Positions 40,716 to 51,025 of a stretch of DNA of 64,000 nucleotides are shown here, one piece after another (the first letter of the stretch is position 1; every line of letters begins with the position of its first letter). Source of the DNA: Candidatus Hodarchaeota archaeon (GTDB taxonomy: Archaea; Asgardarchaeota; Lokiarchaeia; Sigyniarchaeales; SOKP01); assembly GCA_048886685.1 (NCBI GenBank), contig JBHLKM010000003.1:224001-288000 (forward strand). The letters run 5' to 3'. The position numbers were made by a program, and so were the translations under genes. The notes under the pieces are model-generated. The model saw only the letters and a list, made by a program, of their open reading frames with translations. It made no database searches and had not been told where the DNA came from.

Positions 40716-41635
40716 TCTACAATATTTGCATATTTTTGAAGGTCTTTCACACGCATGCGAAGTGTAACCTCTGTAACTTTCGCGAGCTGGGAAATTTCTT
40801 TCTGCGTTCTATTTTCATTACATATCTTTGATGCTATATAGATAGCAGCAGCAGCAATTCCTTTAGGGTCTTTACCTGCCGAGTTGAATCCACTATCTCT
40901 TGCCTTTTCAATTAATTTTACAGCTATATTTCTACACTGCATTGAGAGCTTAAGTTCTTCATTAAATTTATCGACATATCTATCAGCTGAAAAATGTTGT
41001 ACCTTCATCCCGAGTTTTGGCAGAACTTCCATGAGAATTAAACGGTAACTTTTGATTACTTTCTTTTTAGGAATTTGTGCAATTTTTGTTATTTCTTCAG
41101 CAGTTCTTGGTATTCCATGAACTCTTAAAGCAGCAAATATAGATGCTGACAATAATGTATCTATACTTCTTCCCATAGTTAATTTCTTTTTTACTGTTTG
41201 GGTATATATCCTAAGTGCATCCTCAGCTACGGCATCTGGAATCCCTAATCTTTTTTGTAAACGCTGTAAATTAGGTAGAGCAATCCATAAGTTTCTCTCA
41301 TAACTAGTTGTTAAAGATCTATGAATTTTAGCCAATCTATTAAATTTAGATTTGTATTTTGGGCTTAGTAAAGTACCTCTGGCGTCTCTTGATCCTCTGA
41401 TAATCGTTCTGGGACCTATAGGGCTATAAACTCTTTCACTACTTTTTCTCTTCTGAATTTCTTCTTGAGTAAAAGCTCTACGAGGACTATCATCAAGTAT
41501 TCTAGAATATACAAAACCACAGTTTAAGCAGACATAAAATCCATCTTCCTCACTAACTTTAGGGCTATCGCAGCAGGGTGTACTTTCTTCACCCATATCT
41601 TCAAAAAAATCATTATCTTCAAAGTGAGATGGCAT
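40712..41635 (-). CDS. tfb: Transcription initiation factor TFB (TFIIB)
   Basis: Zn ribbon CC..CLNCG, cyclin repeats GRSIDTLLSASIF and GKDPKGIAAAAIY, TEVTLR. Confidence 0.95.
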   Translation of the reverse strand: MPSHFEDNDFFEDMGEESTPCCDSPKVSEEDGFYVCLNCGFVYSRILDDSPRRAFTQEEIQKRKSSERVYSPIGPRTIIRGSRDARGTLLSPKYKSKFNRLAKIHRSLTTSYERNLWIALPNLQRLQKRLGIPDAVAEDALRIYTQTVKKKLTMGRSIDTLLSASIFAALRVHGIPRTAEEITKIAQIPKKKVIKSYRLILMEVLPKLGMKVQHFSADRYVDKFNEELKLSMQCRNIAVKLIEKARDSGFNSAGKDPKGIAAAAIYIASKICNENRTQKEISQLAKVTEVTLRMRVKDLQKYANIVD

Positions 41636-41832
41636 AATAGCTGATGTTCAGTAAAAAATGAATTAGGGCAATTTCATTTTTAGTATAAAATACATACTCT
41701 ATAAAATATTTAAGTTTAATCTATTTAAAATTAAGTTGTGAAAATTTAAATCTTAGACTTTTTAACTAGTATCATATAAGTTTAATAAATAATAATAAAA
41801 ACAAAATTAACCTATTAATACTAAAAGAATCA

Positions 41833-43080
41833 ATGTTTACTATGTCCTCTGAAAGTTCCGATATTATAAAGGTCATTTCCAAATTTTTAGACCCCAAATC
41901 TGTTAAAATTGAAAAATTAGAAAAGATAGATGAGATTTTAAAATTACCAATTCAATCCTACAAATTTATAGATAAAGAAGAATCAACTATAATAAAAAAT
42001 CTATTTGAAATTACTAAAATCAAAGAAATTCTAAAACTGAGCAAAGAGGATCCTTTCGAAAGTCTATCCATATTAGAAGAATCTGAAGAATCTCTTGAAT
42101 TAACAGAAAATTTAAAGGAAAAAATTGAGGAACTAAAAAATAAATATCCCGCCTTAGAAAATAAATTACGAAAAGCAGTTACTATTAGCACACTCATAAA
42201 TAGCCTTACTGAGGAAAAAGAAGGTATTGAACCCGAAGCTCAAAAAGTTTTAGTAGCTGGTCTCGATGCTGCAGGTAAAACATCTTTATTATCGAAATTT
42301 GGGGGACGCTTAGGGATAAGTGATATGATTGCTACTCATCCAACTAAGGGAGTAGTTAGGATGAAATTCGGTACTTCCAATCTTTCACTATTTATCTGGG
42401 ATCTTGGTGGTCAAGAGGAGTATAGAGAACGATATTTAAACAATCCCGAACAATATTTTATTCAATTAGATTTATTAATATATGTTATAGATGTACAAGA
42501 TCCAGATAGATTTGAAGAATCTTTAGACTATCTTGATAAAATACTTGACTCACTTGTAATGTTAGAAGAAACTCCTTATGTATTACTATTCATTCATAAA
42601 TTTGACCCTGATTTAAAAGGAGACCCTAAAATACTCCTTAACATTGAACTTTTAAAAGACAATATAAGGGAGCTCCTTAGAACTAAGAAATATGATTTTG
42701 AAATTGAAATTTATTTAACCTCCATTTATTCTTTAATTTCTCACGAACCTCAATTTGCGAAATATATAAAAAATTTAATGAGTGCAACATATTCTCTTAC
42801 TGATCCAACAGTAAAGAAGGTAGAGGGTCTCGGTAAAACATTGGAAGAAACTCTTAATGCTGTTATTCGTCTTTCTGAGAGCATTTCTACACAAATAAAT
42901 GATCTTGATAGTCGTCTCCGGGCTATAGAATCAGGTGCATTTCAAGCCGCACAAAGCGGACAACCTCTTGAAATCGCAAACCCCTCCTTAAGTTCCCATA
43001 GAGCTGGAGAGAATTCACGATTAACCGTTCTAAATGAGTTAAAAGACTTATTTAGTAAAAGAAAGAGCTTAGATCTTTAA
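41833..43080 (+). CDS. Rag/Arf-like small GTPase with N-terminal helical domain and C-terminal coiled coil
   Basis: GLDAAGKTS, PTKG, WDLGGQ, LIYVIDVQD, HKFD, TSIY. Confidence 0.85.
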   Translation: MFTMSSESSDIIKVISKFLDPKSVKIEKLEKIDEILKLPIQSYKFIDKEESTIIKNLFEITKIKEILKLSKEDPFESLSILEESEESLELTENLKEKIEELKNKYPALENKLRKAVTISTLINSLTEEKEGIEPEAQKVLVAGLDAAGKTSLLSKFGGRLGISDMIATHPTKGVVRMKFGTSNLSLFIWDLGGQEEYRERYLNNPEQYFIQLDLLIYVIDVQDPDRFEESLDYLDKILDSLVMLEETPYVLLFIHKFDPDLKGDPKILLNIELLKDNIRELLRTKKYDFEIEIYLTSIYSLISHEPQFAKYIKNLMSATYSLTDPTVKKVEGLGKTLEETLNAVIRLSESISTQINDLDSRLRAIESGAFQAAQSGQPLEIANPSLSSHRAGENSRLTVLNELKDLFSKRKSLDL

Positions 43081-43805
43081 ATTTTTTTTTTCCCCGTAGA
43101 GTTATCTTTAATGTTTTTATAGGTAGCAGACAAAAAAATTACTACACAAATTACGATCCATAAGATAAGATACCACACATTTTCATATATCATTGAATTT
43201 AATTGGCGATATTCAATCGTATACACAACAAATTGCTCAAAATATTTAAAAATTATTTCAAATACAGGAGCAACAATAAAAACTGAAACGAAGAATCCTA
43301 CTATACCAATTAAACAACCAAATATTACATCAGAGGGATAATGGACACCCAACTGAATTCTTGAAAAGGAGATTATAATTGCTAGTATTGACATTAAAAT
43401 TATCATCATGGGTGATTTTAGAAAGAAACCACCCACCAATAATCCGTATGCGACAATATTATATGAGTGCCAAGAAGGAAAACTCTTTGATCGTGGTTTT
43501 GTTTCTAGCACCTTTAGTTTATCTTTTTCTATCTTATCAAATGGTCTTGATCTATTAACAAATTGTTTAATTGCAGCAATTAATAATAAACCAGTTAAAA
43601 ATATACCAGCTAAGTTGGCAAGCAAAAAGGGGTCATACCAGATAAATAAATAAAAAGCGATTAAAAAAATCCATATTGTTTCCCTTCCAAAGAATGAAAA
43701 AAACTTCAGAATGTAAGTAGCAGGCTTCCCTCCAATACCATTATATTTTATTATAACCTTTTGGTCCCATTCATCGATTTTGTTAGAAAAGGCTTTAAAC
43801 TCCAT
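43077..43805 (-). CDS. PAP2 family membrane phosphatase
   Basis: K...R.RP, SFPSWH, SRIQLGVHYPSDV. Confidence 0.9.
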   Translation of the reverse strand: MEFKAFSNKIDEWDQKVIIKYNGIGGKPATYILKFFSFFGRETIWIFLIAFYLFIWYDPFLLANLAGIFLTGLLLIAAIKQFVNRSRPFDKIEKDKLKVLETKPRSKSFPSWHSYNIVAYGLLVGGFFLKSPMMIILMSILAIIISFSRIQLGVHYPSDVIFGCLIGIVGFFVSVFIVAPVFEIIFKYFEQFVVYTIEYRQLNSMIYENVWYLILWIVICVVIFLSATYKNIKDNSTGKKKI

Positions 43806-43828
43806 AATAACTTGCGTTAATGATAAAT

Positions 43829-44623
43829 TTAAAATGAATCTATATACCTATAGGCTCCTTTCACGTTATTAATCTGACTTTCAAAATAATCTAATGAATG
43901 TGAATCAGAGCCAACAAAAAATTTTCCTCCTTCCTTCATTAAAAGAGATATTACCGATTTTGAAGGGAAAGAACGTCCAATTGAAAATTTCTTCCCAGAT
44001 AAATTATATTCAATACGTATATTGTTTTTTATGCAAAGTCGACCTAATTCCAACACTCGTTCTTCTGAGACGTCACAGTCCTCCTCAGGTTTTATGTCAT
44101 TTTCATTAATATATCGGAATATCGTATCGATATGACAAATATTTTTGAAAATTTTAGAATTTATCATCATTTCTGATGTTTCAAAATATTCATCAATAAT
44201 CTCTTTCATTTTTTTCTTTTCGAGAAATTTGATTAATTTCTCTTTGGACGTTATAGGATACCCAAAAATCCATTCATGGATGGTACCCCCAATGAAATCT
44301 AATTCTTTTTCATAATCATCCATAAATTCCAATAGCTCTATTTCTCTATCTTTATAATACTCAACTTCAAGTCCACTATAAATGAAATCATATGTTTCCT
44401 TTATCTCATCGAGTTCCTCTAAGTAGTTATCAATATTCCCATTATAGAATGGATTGCTCTTATCTTTTTCAATATAGTACAGCTCATAATGTTCTAAAAA
44501 ACAGACATTTATTTCATTTTTCTCCGCTATTTTTATATAATCCTCGAATATGGGACCATTTTCTTCGATATCAGCACTCCATTTAGCAGTGTGAACATGA
44601 TAATCAGTATATTTAAACTTCAT
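43829..44623 (-). CDS. PHP-domain phosphatase (histidinol-phosphatase-like)
   Basis: DYHVHT, LEH, GLEVEY, HID, GSDSH. Confidence 0.85.
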   Translation of the reverse strand: MKFKYTDYHVHTAKWSADIEENGPIFEDYIKIAEKNEINVCFLEHYELYYIEKDKSNPFYNGNIDNYLEELDEIKETYDFIYSGLEVEYYKDREIELLEFMDDYEKELDFIGGTIHEWIFGYPITSKEKLIKFLEKKKMKEIIDEYFETSEMMINSKIFKNICHIDTIFRYINENDIKPEEDCDVSEERVLELGRLCIKNNIRIEYNLSGKKFSIGRSFPSKSVISLLMKEGGKFFVGSDSHSLDYFESQINNVKGAYRYIDSF

Positions 44624-44671
44624 AATTTATAAGGTTTATAATTAAAGAAGAATAATAAAAATACTTATTAA

Positions 44672-46579
44672 CTATTCAATTGAATCTTCTTTATCAAAAA
44701 ATACTTCATAAAATAGCTCTTTTTCTCCTTCTTCAGGCGGAGTTATTTTTGTATAACCACCTTGTTGTATTATACGGATAGTACTCTTATTTTGAATATG
44801 AATATTCCCATAAAATCCTTTTATACCTTTTTCCTTTGCTACAATAATTAAATGTTGGTAAAGAAAAGTCCCGACTCCTTTCCCTCGATAGTCTTCTCTT
44901 ACTAGAAAGCTGTATTCAGCAGTATTCAGTTTAGGATTTAAATAATAAGTAGCATTTCCCACCATATCTTCTTTTCCTATTTCTCCCACAAAAGCTCCTA
45001 TAGAAAAAACCTTATCGTAATCAATATTCACTTCACTTTGAGTTTTTGAATGTGTAAATTCTTTCTTCATCCCAAAAAATCTCAAATATCGGTCTCTCTC
45101 ATTCAAAGAATAATATAGTTCTTTAAGTAATGATTCATCTGTAGTTTTAACTGGTCTTATTCTAATCTTTTCGTTATTAAAAGCTGTATAAATCGTTTCA
45201 TACTCAGAAGGGTATAAACATATGTGCCCATTTTCATCACACGGAAGTAGTTGATCTGAATAAACATAATTCAGTTTTTTTGCTTCCTCCAAGAGTGATT
45301 GTCGGAAGTTCGGGTGAGCAACACATATCAATTCAAGCACTCTTTCTCGAATCGTTTTACCATGAAGATATGCAACACCCCATTCAGTTACAACATAATG
45401 TACATCTCCCCGAGACAACATTATTCCAGCACCCTCATCTAAATGAGGAACTATTCTAGACTTTTTACCATCTCGAGATGTGGATGGAATAATTATAATT
45501 GGTTTCCCTCTTTTTGAAAATGCAGCACCTCTCATAAAATCTATAGTTTCTCCCAATCCTGAATAGAATTGGTAACCTTCTGTTGCGGCATTTACCTGTC
45601 CAGTAAGATCTATTTGTCGAGCAGAGTTAATTGATATCAAATTCTTATTCCTTCCAATATATCTTGGATTACAAACATAATCAGAAGGGAAAAATTCAAT
45701 ATATGGATTATTATGTACAAAATCATATAGTTTTTTCGTTCCTAGAGCAAAGCTTGTAATAATTTTTTCAGGATGGAAACTTTTCTTTCTACAAGTAAGG
45801 ATACCGCCTTCTATAAGTGGAATTATATTGTCCGTAATATAATGTGAATGCATTCCTAAATCTTTTTTATCAAATAAATATTTTAGAGTAGCATTTGGTA
45901 GATCCCCAAATCCTATATGGATTGTGGATTTATTATCAACTAAGTTAGCTAAATTCTGTCCTATTCTTTCAGCAATATCATCCGGTTCATCAAAATTAAA
46001 CTCTAGCAAAGGTGTATCATTATATACAAAAAAATCAATTTCTTTCATATGAATAAAACTATTCCCTAAAGTACGAGGCATTTGGGGATTAATTTCAGCA
46101 ATCGTAATGAATGATGATTGAGCTATTGGCTTTGCGATATCGACATTTATTCCTAATGAACAAAAGCCATAAGGATCAGGAGGAGAGACTTGTACGAGTG
46201 CCACATCAATATGTTTTCGACCTGATATAAATAAAGAAGGAATCTCACTAGCATAAATTGGAGTATAATCTGCTTGGCCCTTATTAATTTCCTCGCGAAG
46301 TGTTTTACCGATAAAAAATGCATTGTGACGAAAAAGATCTTCTGCTTTATCCTTGAAATACTTTTCAGGTCCAATTGTTAAAAAATGAAGGATTTCTGTG
46401 TCAATCAGCTTTTCTGAATTTTTTATTAATTCTGATGTTAACAATTGTGGCTCTGAACACCCAGAGTCAATAAAAACTCTATTCCCCGGAATAATTTTTT
46501 TAATGGCTTCCTCAGCACTAATTTCTTTTTCTTTCCATTTTTCCCTCCAAGTTTCATCAATCAAACTATAACTTACCAT
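44672..46579 (-). CDS. Acetyl-CoA hydrolase/transferase-like domain fused to Pat-type GNAT acetyltransferase
   Basis: DVALVQVSPPD..G.CSLG, NPQMPRT.G, DLTGQV, VVTEWGVAYLHGK; C-terminal YLRFF..IDYD..AEYSFLVREDYRGKGVG. Confidence 0.9.
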   Translation of the reverse strand: MVSYSLIDETWREKWKEKEISAEEAIKKIIPGNRVFIDSGCSEPQLLTSELIKNSEKLIDTEILHFLTIGPEKYFKDKAEDLFRHNAFFIGKTLREEINKGQADYTPIYASEIPSLFISGRKHIDVALVQVSPPDPYGFCSLGINVDIAKPIAQSSFITIAEINPQMPRTLGNSFIHMKEIDFFVYNDTPLLEFNFDEPDDIAERIGQNLANLVDNKSTIHIGFGDLPNATLKYLFDKKDLGMHSHYITDNIIPLIEGGILTCRKKSFHPEKIITSFALGTKKLYDFVHNNPYIEFFPSDYVCNPRYIGRNKNLISINSARQIDLTGQVNAATEGYQFYSGLGETIDFMRGAAFSKRGKPIIIIPSTSRDGKKSRIVPHLDEGAGIMLSRGDVHYVVTEWGVAYLHGKTIRERVLELICVAHPNFRQSLLEEAKKLNYVYSDQLLPCDENGHICLYPSEYETIYTAFNNEKIRIRPVKTTDESLLKELYYSLNERDRYLRFFGMKKEFTHSKTQSEVNIDYDKVFSIGAFVGEIGKEDMVGNATYYLNPKLNTAEYSFLVREDYRGKGVGTFLYQHLIIVAKEKGIKGFYGNIHIQNKSTIRIIQQGGYTKITPPEEGEKELFYEVFFDKEDSIE

Positions 46580-46808
46580 TGCTGACGTTTAAACTAAATC
46601 CTTTAATTTTTTAATTTATAAAAATTAACTCCAGTCCTTTTATTATTTGTATTTTCATCAATATAATGTTTTTGAAATTATAAATAAAATGTTTAAATTC
46701 CATTCAATTCTTTTTTGAATTAGAAGTATCCTAATTTAATATGAAATAAATAATATTTTAATCTAGCAATAAAAAACTATAATTTGAAATTCAAAAGTGT
46801 AAATAATA

Positions 46809-48788
46809 ATGTCAAAAGAAGAAAGAATGAAAAGCATTCTCACTGAAAATCGTATATTTAATCCTGTTGACCTCAATCCAGATTATACTAAAACAGGCAT
46901 GTCGATGGAAGAATATAAAAAACTCTATAAACAATCAATTGAAGATATGGAAGGATTTTGGGGTGAACAAGCAAAATCACTTGATTGGTTTAAACCCTAT
47001 GAAAAAGTCTGGGAGAAGACAGACTTATTTCCAGGGAAATGGTTTGTAGGAGGAAAACTTAATGTTGCTTATAATTGTTTAGATAGACATGTCAATGCAG
47101 GAAACGGGGACAGAATTGCTCTAATTTGGGAAGCAGATGAACCTGGGCAAGTGAGAAAATTTTCTTACAGTGAACTTCTAAAAGAAGTCAGTAAAGTTGC
47201 GAATGCTATGAAAGATCTTGGACTTAAAAAGGGTGATTGTGTTACTCTGTGGCTTCCAATGGTCCCTGAACTTGCAATCATTACGTTAGCATGTGCGAGG
47301 ATTGGTGTTATTCATTCGATTGTTTTTGGTGGATTTTCGAAGGAAGCTGTAAAAGATAGAATAGAAGATTCTGACTCTCGTCTCCTTTTCACTAGTGACG
47401 AAACATTAAGGGCTGGTAAATTTTATCCTAAGATGGCTGATATGGTTCAAATAATTGATGAGGTTCCTACTATTGAACATGTAATTGTTGTCCAGCGTTC
47501 TGGAAGAGAGGTTCCTCACACAAAAAAAGATATCTGGTATCATGATTTCATTGATGGCATGAGTGAAGAATGCGAACCTGTAATAATGGATTCTGAGGAT
47601 ACCTTATTTATTTTATATACAAGTGGAACAACTGGTAAACCAAAAGGAGTAAAGCATACCACTGCGGGATATATTTTATATACTTCGTTTACACATAAAG
47701 TTGTTTTTAATTATCAAGAGGGAGATATATGGTATTGTACAGCCGATATTGGATGGATTACTGGACATTCATACATTGTTTACGGACCATTAGCAAATGG
47801 TGCTACAAGCTTAATGTTTGAAGGGGTTCCAACTTATCCTGATGTTGATCGCTTCTGGGACATCGTAGAGCGACACAAAGTTACTCATTTTTATACAGCC
47901 CCAACAGCTATTAGAGCTTTAATGAGATATGGAGAAGATCCTGTTGAAAAACATGATATAAGTTCATTAAAGGTCTTAGGAACTGTTGGCGAACCGATAA
48001 ATCCAGAAGCTTGGACATGGTATCATAGAGTCATAGGGAAAAGTCGTTGTCCAATCGTTGATACATACTGGCAAACTGAAACTGGAGGTTTTATTATGAC
48101 TCCTATAGCAACTGCAACTCCTACAAAACCAGGATCTTGCTGCATGCCATTTTTAGGTATTAAACCTATTATCTTCGACCTTGAAGGCGATGAAGTTACT
48201 GAACCAGATGAAGGTGGATATTTTGCTATGGGGCAACCTTGGCCTGGTATGTTGAGGGATGTTTGGGGCAATACTGAGCGATTTATCTCAACATATCTAG
48301 AAAAATACCCTGGTTATTATTATACTGGGGATGGGGCACGTAGAGACGAAGATGGTTATTATTGGATTTTAGGACGATTAGATGATGTAATAAAGGTATC
48401 AGGACATCGAATAGGAACAATGGAAGTAGAGTCTGCTCTTGTAAGTCATCCAAGTGTTGCAGAAGCAGCCGTTGCTCCCTTTCCTCATAAAATTAAAGGT
48501 CAAGCAATCTGGGCATATGTAACCCTTATGCAAGGAGTTGAAAAGTCAGCGAAACTATCAAAAGAGATAAGAATGCATGTAAGGCAAGAGATTGGTCCAG
48601 TCTTCCAACCTGATGTAATTCAATTTGCTGATGCTTTACCAAAAACTAGAAGTGGCAAAATAATGCGCAGAATTCTGAAAGCTATTGCAGCTGGAACTGA
48701 TATTGGAAATGTAACAACTTTAGCTGATCCTACTGTAGTTGATGCCCTATTAGAAGAACGTAAGAAAATGGAAATTGAAATAGGTTAA
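46809..48788 (+). CDS. acs: Acetyl-CoA synthetase (AMP-forming)
   Basis: YTSGTTGKPKG, ADIGWITGHSY, WQTETGG, GRLDD, PKTRSGKIMRR. Confidence 0.96.
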   Translation: MSKEERMKSILTENRIFNPVDLNPDYTKTGMSMEEYKKLYKQSIEDMEGFWGEQAKSLDWFKPYEKVWEKTDLFPGKWFVGGKLNVAYNCLDRHVNAGNGDRIALIWEADEPGQVRKFSYSELLKEVSKVANAMKDLGLKKGDCVTLWLPMVPELAIITLACARIGVIHSIVFGGFSKEAVKDRIEDSDSRLLFTSDETLRAGKFYPKMADMVQIIDEVPTIEHVIVVQRSGREVPHTKKDIWYHDFIDGMSEECEPVIMDSEDTLFILYTSGTTGKPKGVKHTTAGYILYTSFTHKVVFNYQEGDIWYCTADIGWITGHSYIVYGPLANGATSLMFEGVPTYPDVDRFWDIVERHKVTHFYTAPTAIRALMRYGEDPVEKHDISSLKVLGTVGEPINPEAWTWYHRVIGKSRCPIVDTYWQTETGGFIMTPIATATPTKPGSCCMPFLGIKPIIFDLEGDEVTEPDEGGYFAMGQPWPGMLRDVWGNTERFISTYLEKYPGYYYTGDGARRDEDGYYWILGRLDDVIKVSGHRIGTMEVESALVSHPSVAEAAVAPFPHKIKGQAIWAYVTLMQGVEKSAKLSKEIRMHVRQEIGPVFQPDVIQFADALPKTRSGKIMRRILKAIAAGTDIGNVTTLADPTVVDALLEERKKMEIEIG

Positions 48789-48968
48789 TTATTTTTTTAA
48801 ATTTTTTTTTTCAATTAATGTTACTATTCATCTTAAAAAGGCGGTCTATAAACATCTGAATAATTTAAAGAAATTTGCATAAAAGGAAATAAAATGGTTT
48901 TATTTTAGAGATAGTAAGCAAAAATAGAGCAAAACGCTTAAATAATTGAAAATGAAATATTAATAAAT

Positions 48969-50354
48969 ATGAAATTAATAACAAAACAATCTCTAATAAT
49001 TCTCTTTTCAATATTTATACCTATCTCTTTCTTACTAACTTTTACGTCACCTTGTAACGCTGCTACAAATCCAGGTGTATTATTTGCATATAAAGAGACA
49101 GAGGGAAGAACTTGGGGGGCTTGGGTTATGGATGATATTAATGGTGATGGATGGCGAGAAATAGGTATATGTGGTGCTATTTATACGAAAGCTCTTGATG
49201 TAAATCCTGCTCATGGTGGTCCGAAAGAGATCTGGGATCAGTGGGGATTACATCATGAAGTACTTTGGGGTTGTGATTCTAGATTAGATGCAAATGGGGA
49301 TGGTATTACGGAACAGTTAGTATTTGAAGCCGTTTGGAATAATCACTATCTACTTAATGGGCAGAATGGGGTTGCTTTAGATAGTCCCGATGAAGAAAAT
49401 AGGAGAGGTGGGTTTTATTGGCCTATTATTGATTGCGGTTTCGGTTTAGTCCATGATGTAAATGGGAATGGTTTTAACGACTATGTCATTACAGGTATAA
49501 ATTATAGTCCAAAAGCTATAATTCAATGTATTGAAAGCACAAATGCATCGGTGATATGGGAATTTGAGCTTTCACATGTTTCTAATGGATTACGACCAAT
49601 ATACATAAATTCAACACAGCATATTTTAATAATTCCAGGAGGATTTTTACAAGTATTCTCACACAATGGTATTGAAGTATGGAATCGGTCGGGATTTGGA
49701 GGAGGACTTGATATCATTCCAAATGGTGCCGGATTTGGCTCAGATGCAATTATAACTAGCACAGGAGCAGGATTTACCTTGATAAATGCATCAGACAACA
49801 CTATTATATGGTCGAATATAATGTATATGCATTCATTGCATTATGTGGGTGATATAAATAATGATGGATTTGGTGATTTTGGTGGTTTATACCCTACCGG
49901 TGATAAAGTTGGTGTTTGTTCAGGAAAGGATGGAACATTAATCCGCAATCATACTGCGCAAACCCTTTTAAATTACATGCATGGGGTAACATATTGCGGT
50001 GATGTGAATGGTGATGGATATGACGATTATGGAATTTTTGGGGATTTTTACCCTCATGAAGTTTTTTCAGGAAATAACGGTTCTCAATTAATTTCGATTG
50101 GTGGACCTGATTTTAAGGGTGCTGAAGAGATGTATATTGTTCCAGATATCAATGGAAATGGTACTCCTGATATAATGTTATTTGATGGGGGCATTGCTGC
50201 GGTTGAGGGAAGTTTTCAAGGTAATGCTAATTTATATTATGAAGAAGAAGGAGGAGGAATTAAAATAAATGGATTTTCAGTTATAATAATAACTTTAGTA
50301 CTTGTGGTGGGTACAATTCCTATTTCATATAAAATCATTAAAACTATGAAATAA
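48969..50354 (+). CDS. Secreted FG-GAP/integrin-alpha-like beta-propeller protein with C-terminal membrane anchor
   Basis: Signal peptide; six D-[IVA]-N-[GN]-[DN]-G loops (DINGDG, DANGDG, DVNGNG, DINNDG, DVNGDG, DINGNG); INGF + TM + Lys tail. Confidence 0.8.
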   Translation: MKLITKQSLIILFSIFIPISFLLTFTSPCNAATNPGVLFAYKETEGRTWGAWVMDDINGDGWREIGICGAIYTKALDVNPAHGGPKEIWDQWGLHHEVLWGCDSRLDANGDGITEQLVFEAVWNNHYLLNGQNGVALDSPDEENRRGGFYWPIIDCGFGLVHDVNGNGFNDYVITGINYSPKAIIQCIESTNASVIWEFELSHVSNGLRPIYINSTQHILIIPGGFLQVFSHNGIEVWNRSGFGGGLDIIPNGAGFGSDAIITSTGAGFTLINASDNTIIWSNIMYMHSLHYVGDINNDGFGDFGGLYPTGDKVGVCSGKDGTLIRNHTAQTLLNYMHGVTYCGDVNGDGYDDYGIFGDFYPHEVFSGNNGSQLISIGGPDFKGAEEMYIVPDINGNGTPDIMLFDGGIAAVEGSFQGNANLYYEEEGGGIKINGFSVIIITLVLVVGTIPISYKIIKTMK

Positions 50355-50409
50355 GAGGAATTAATTTCAAAATCAATTTTTCTAATTTTTTTTGCTTAAT
50401 TCACTAGTA

Positions 50410-50862
50410 TTATGATTTTAAAAGTTTTTTTATATGATTTTTTAACTGTATTTCTAATTTTGGATCAGTGGGATATCCTACTTTTATTCCTTTTGATATT
50501 TTATTACTTAAATATTGTTCAAGATCAAGAAAATCATCTAATTTGTCTCTCAAATTCTTAGTTTGCGCATCACTTTTCAATATTTGGGAAAGGTAAACAT
50601 ATTTAATAATACTAATAGCTTCCTCAGATTTACTTGAGCCTATCACGAGAATGGAATGATTATCAAATAAACTACCTAAATAGCTGAAAATGTTTGTATT
50701 ACTCCATTTCTGAAGTTTATATTTTAAAAAATCTAAAACCCCGAGGATTTCTGAAGGATCTTTATCCTTCTCGAGTTTAAAGAATATTCCAGATTTTTCC
50801 TCATTCTCATACTTATTTATTAAATGTTCTATGTGTTTGAGAAATTGTGTATCAGAAGACAT
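50410..50862 (-). CDS. Hypothetical protein
   Basis: 150-aa ORF with no recognisable motif. Confidence 0.6.
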   Translation of the reverse strand: MSSDTQFLKHIEHLINKYENEEKSGIFFKLEKDKDPSEILGVLDFLKYKLQKWSNTNIFSYLGSLFDNHSILVIGSSKSEEAISIIKYVYLSQILKSDAQTKNLRDKLDDFLDLEQYLSNKISKGIKVGYPTDPKLEIQLKNHIKKLLKS

Positions 50863-51025
50863 AGATTTATTTCAATGTAGTTAATTTACCATTATCTATA
50901 ATACAAATTATTTTTTACGATTTTTTAGATCAATAAACATAAATAAATCTATTTTTTTGTATAAATTCAAAGGTTAACTATTTTCAATTATTTGAATAGA
51001 ATTTGTAAATGTTGAGGTTATAGAA

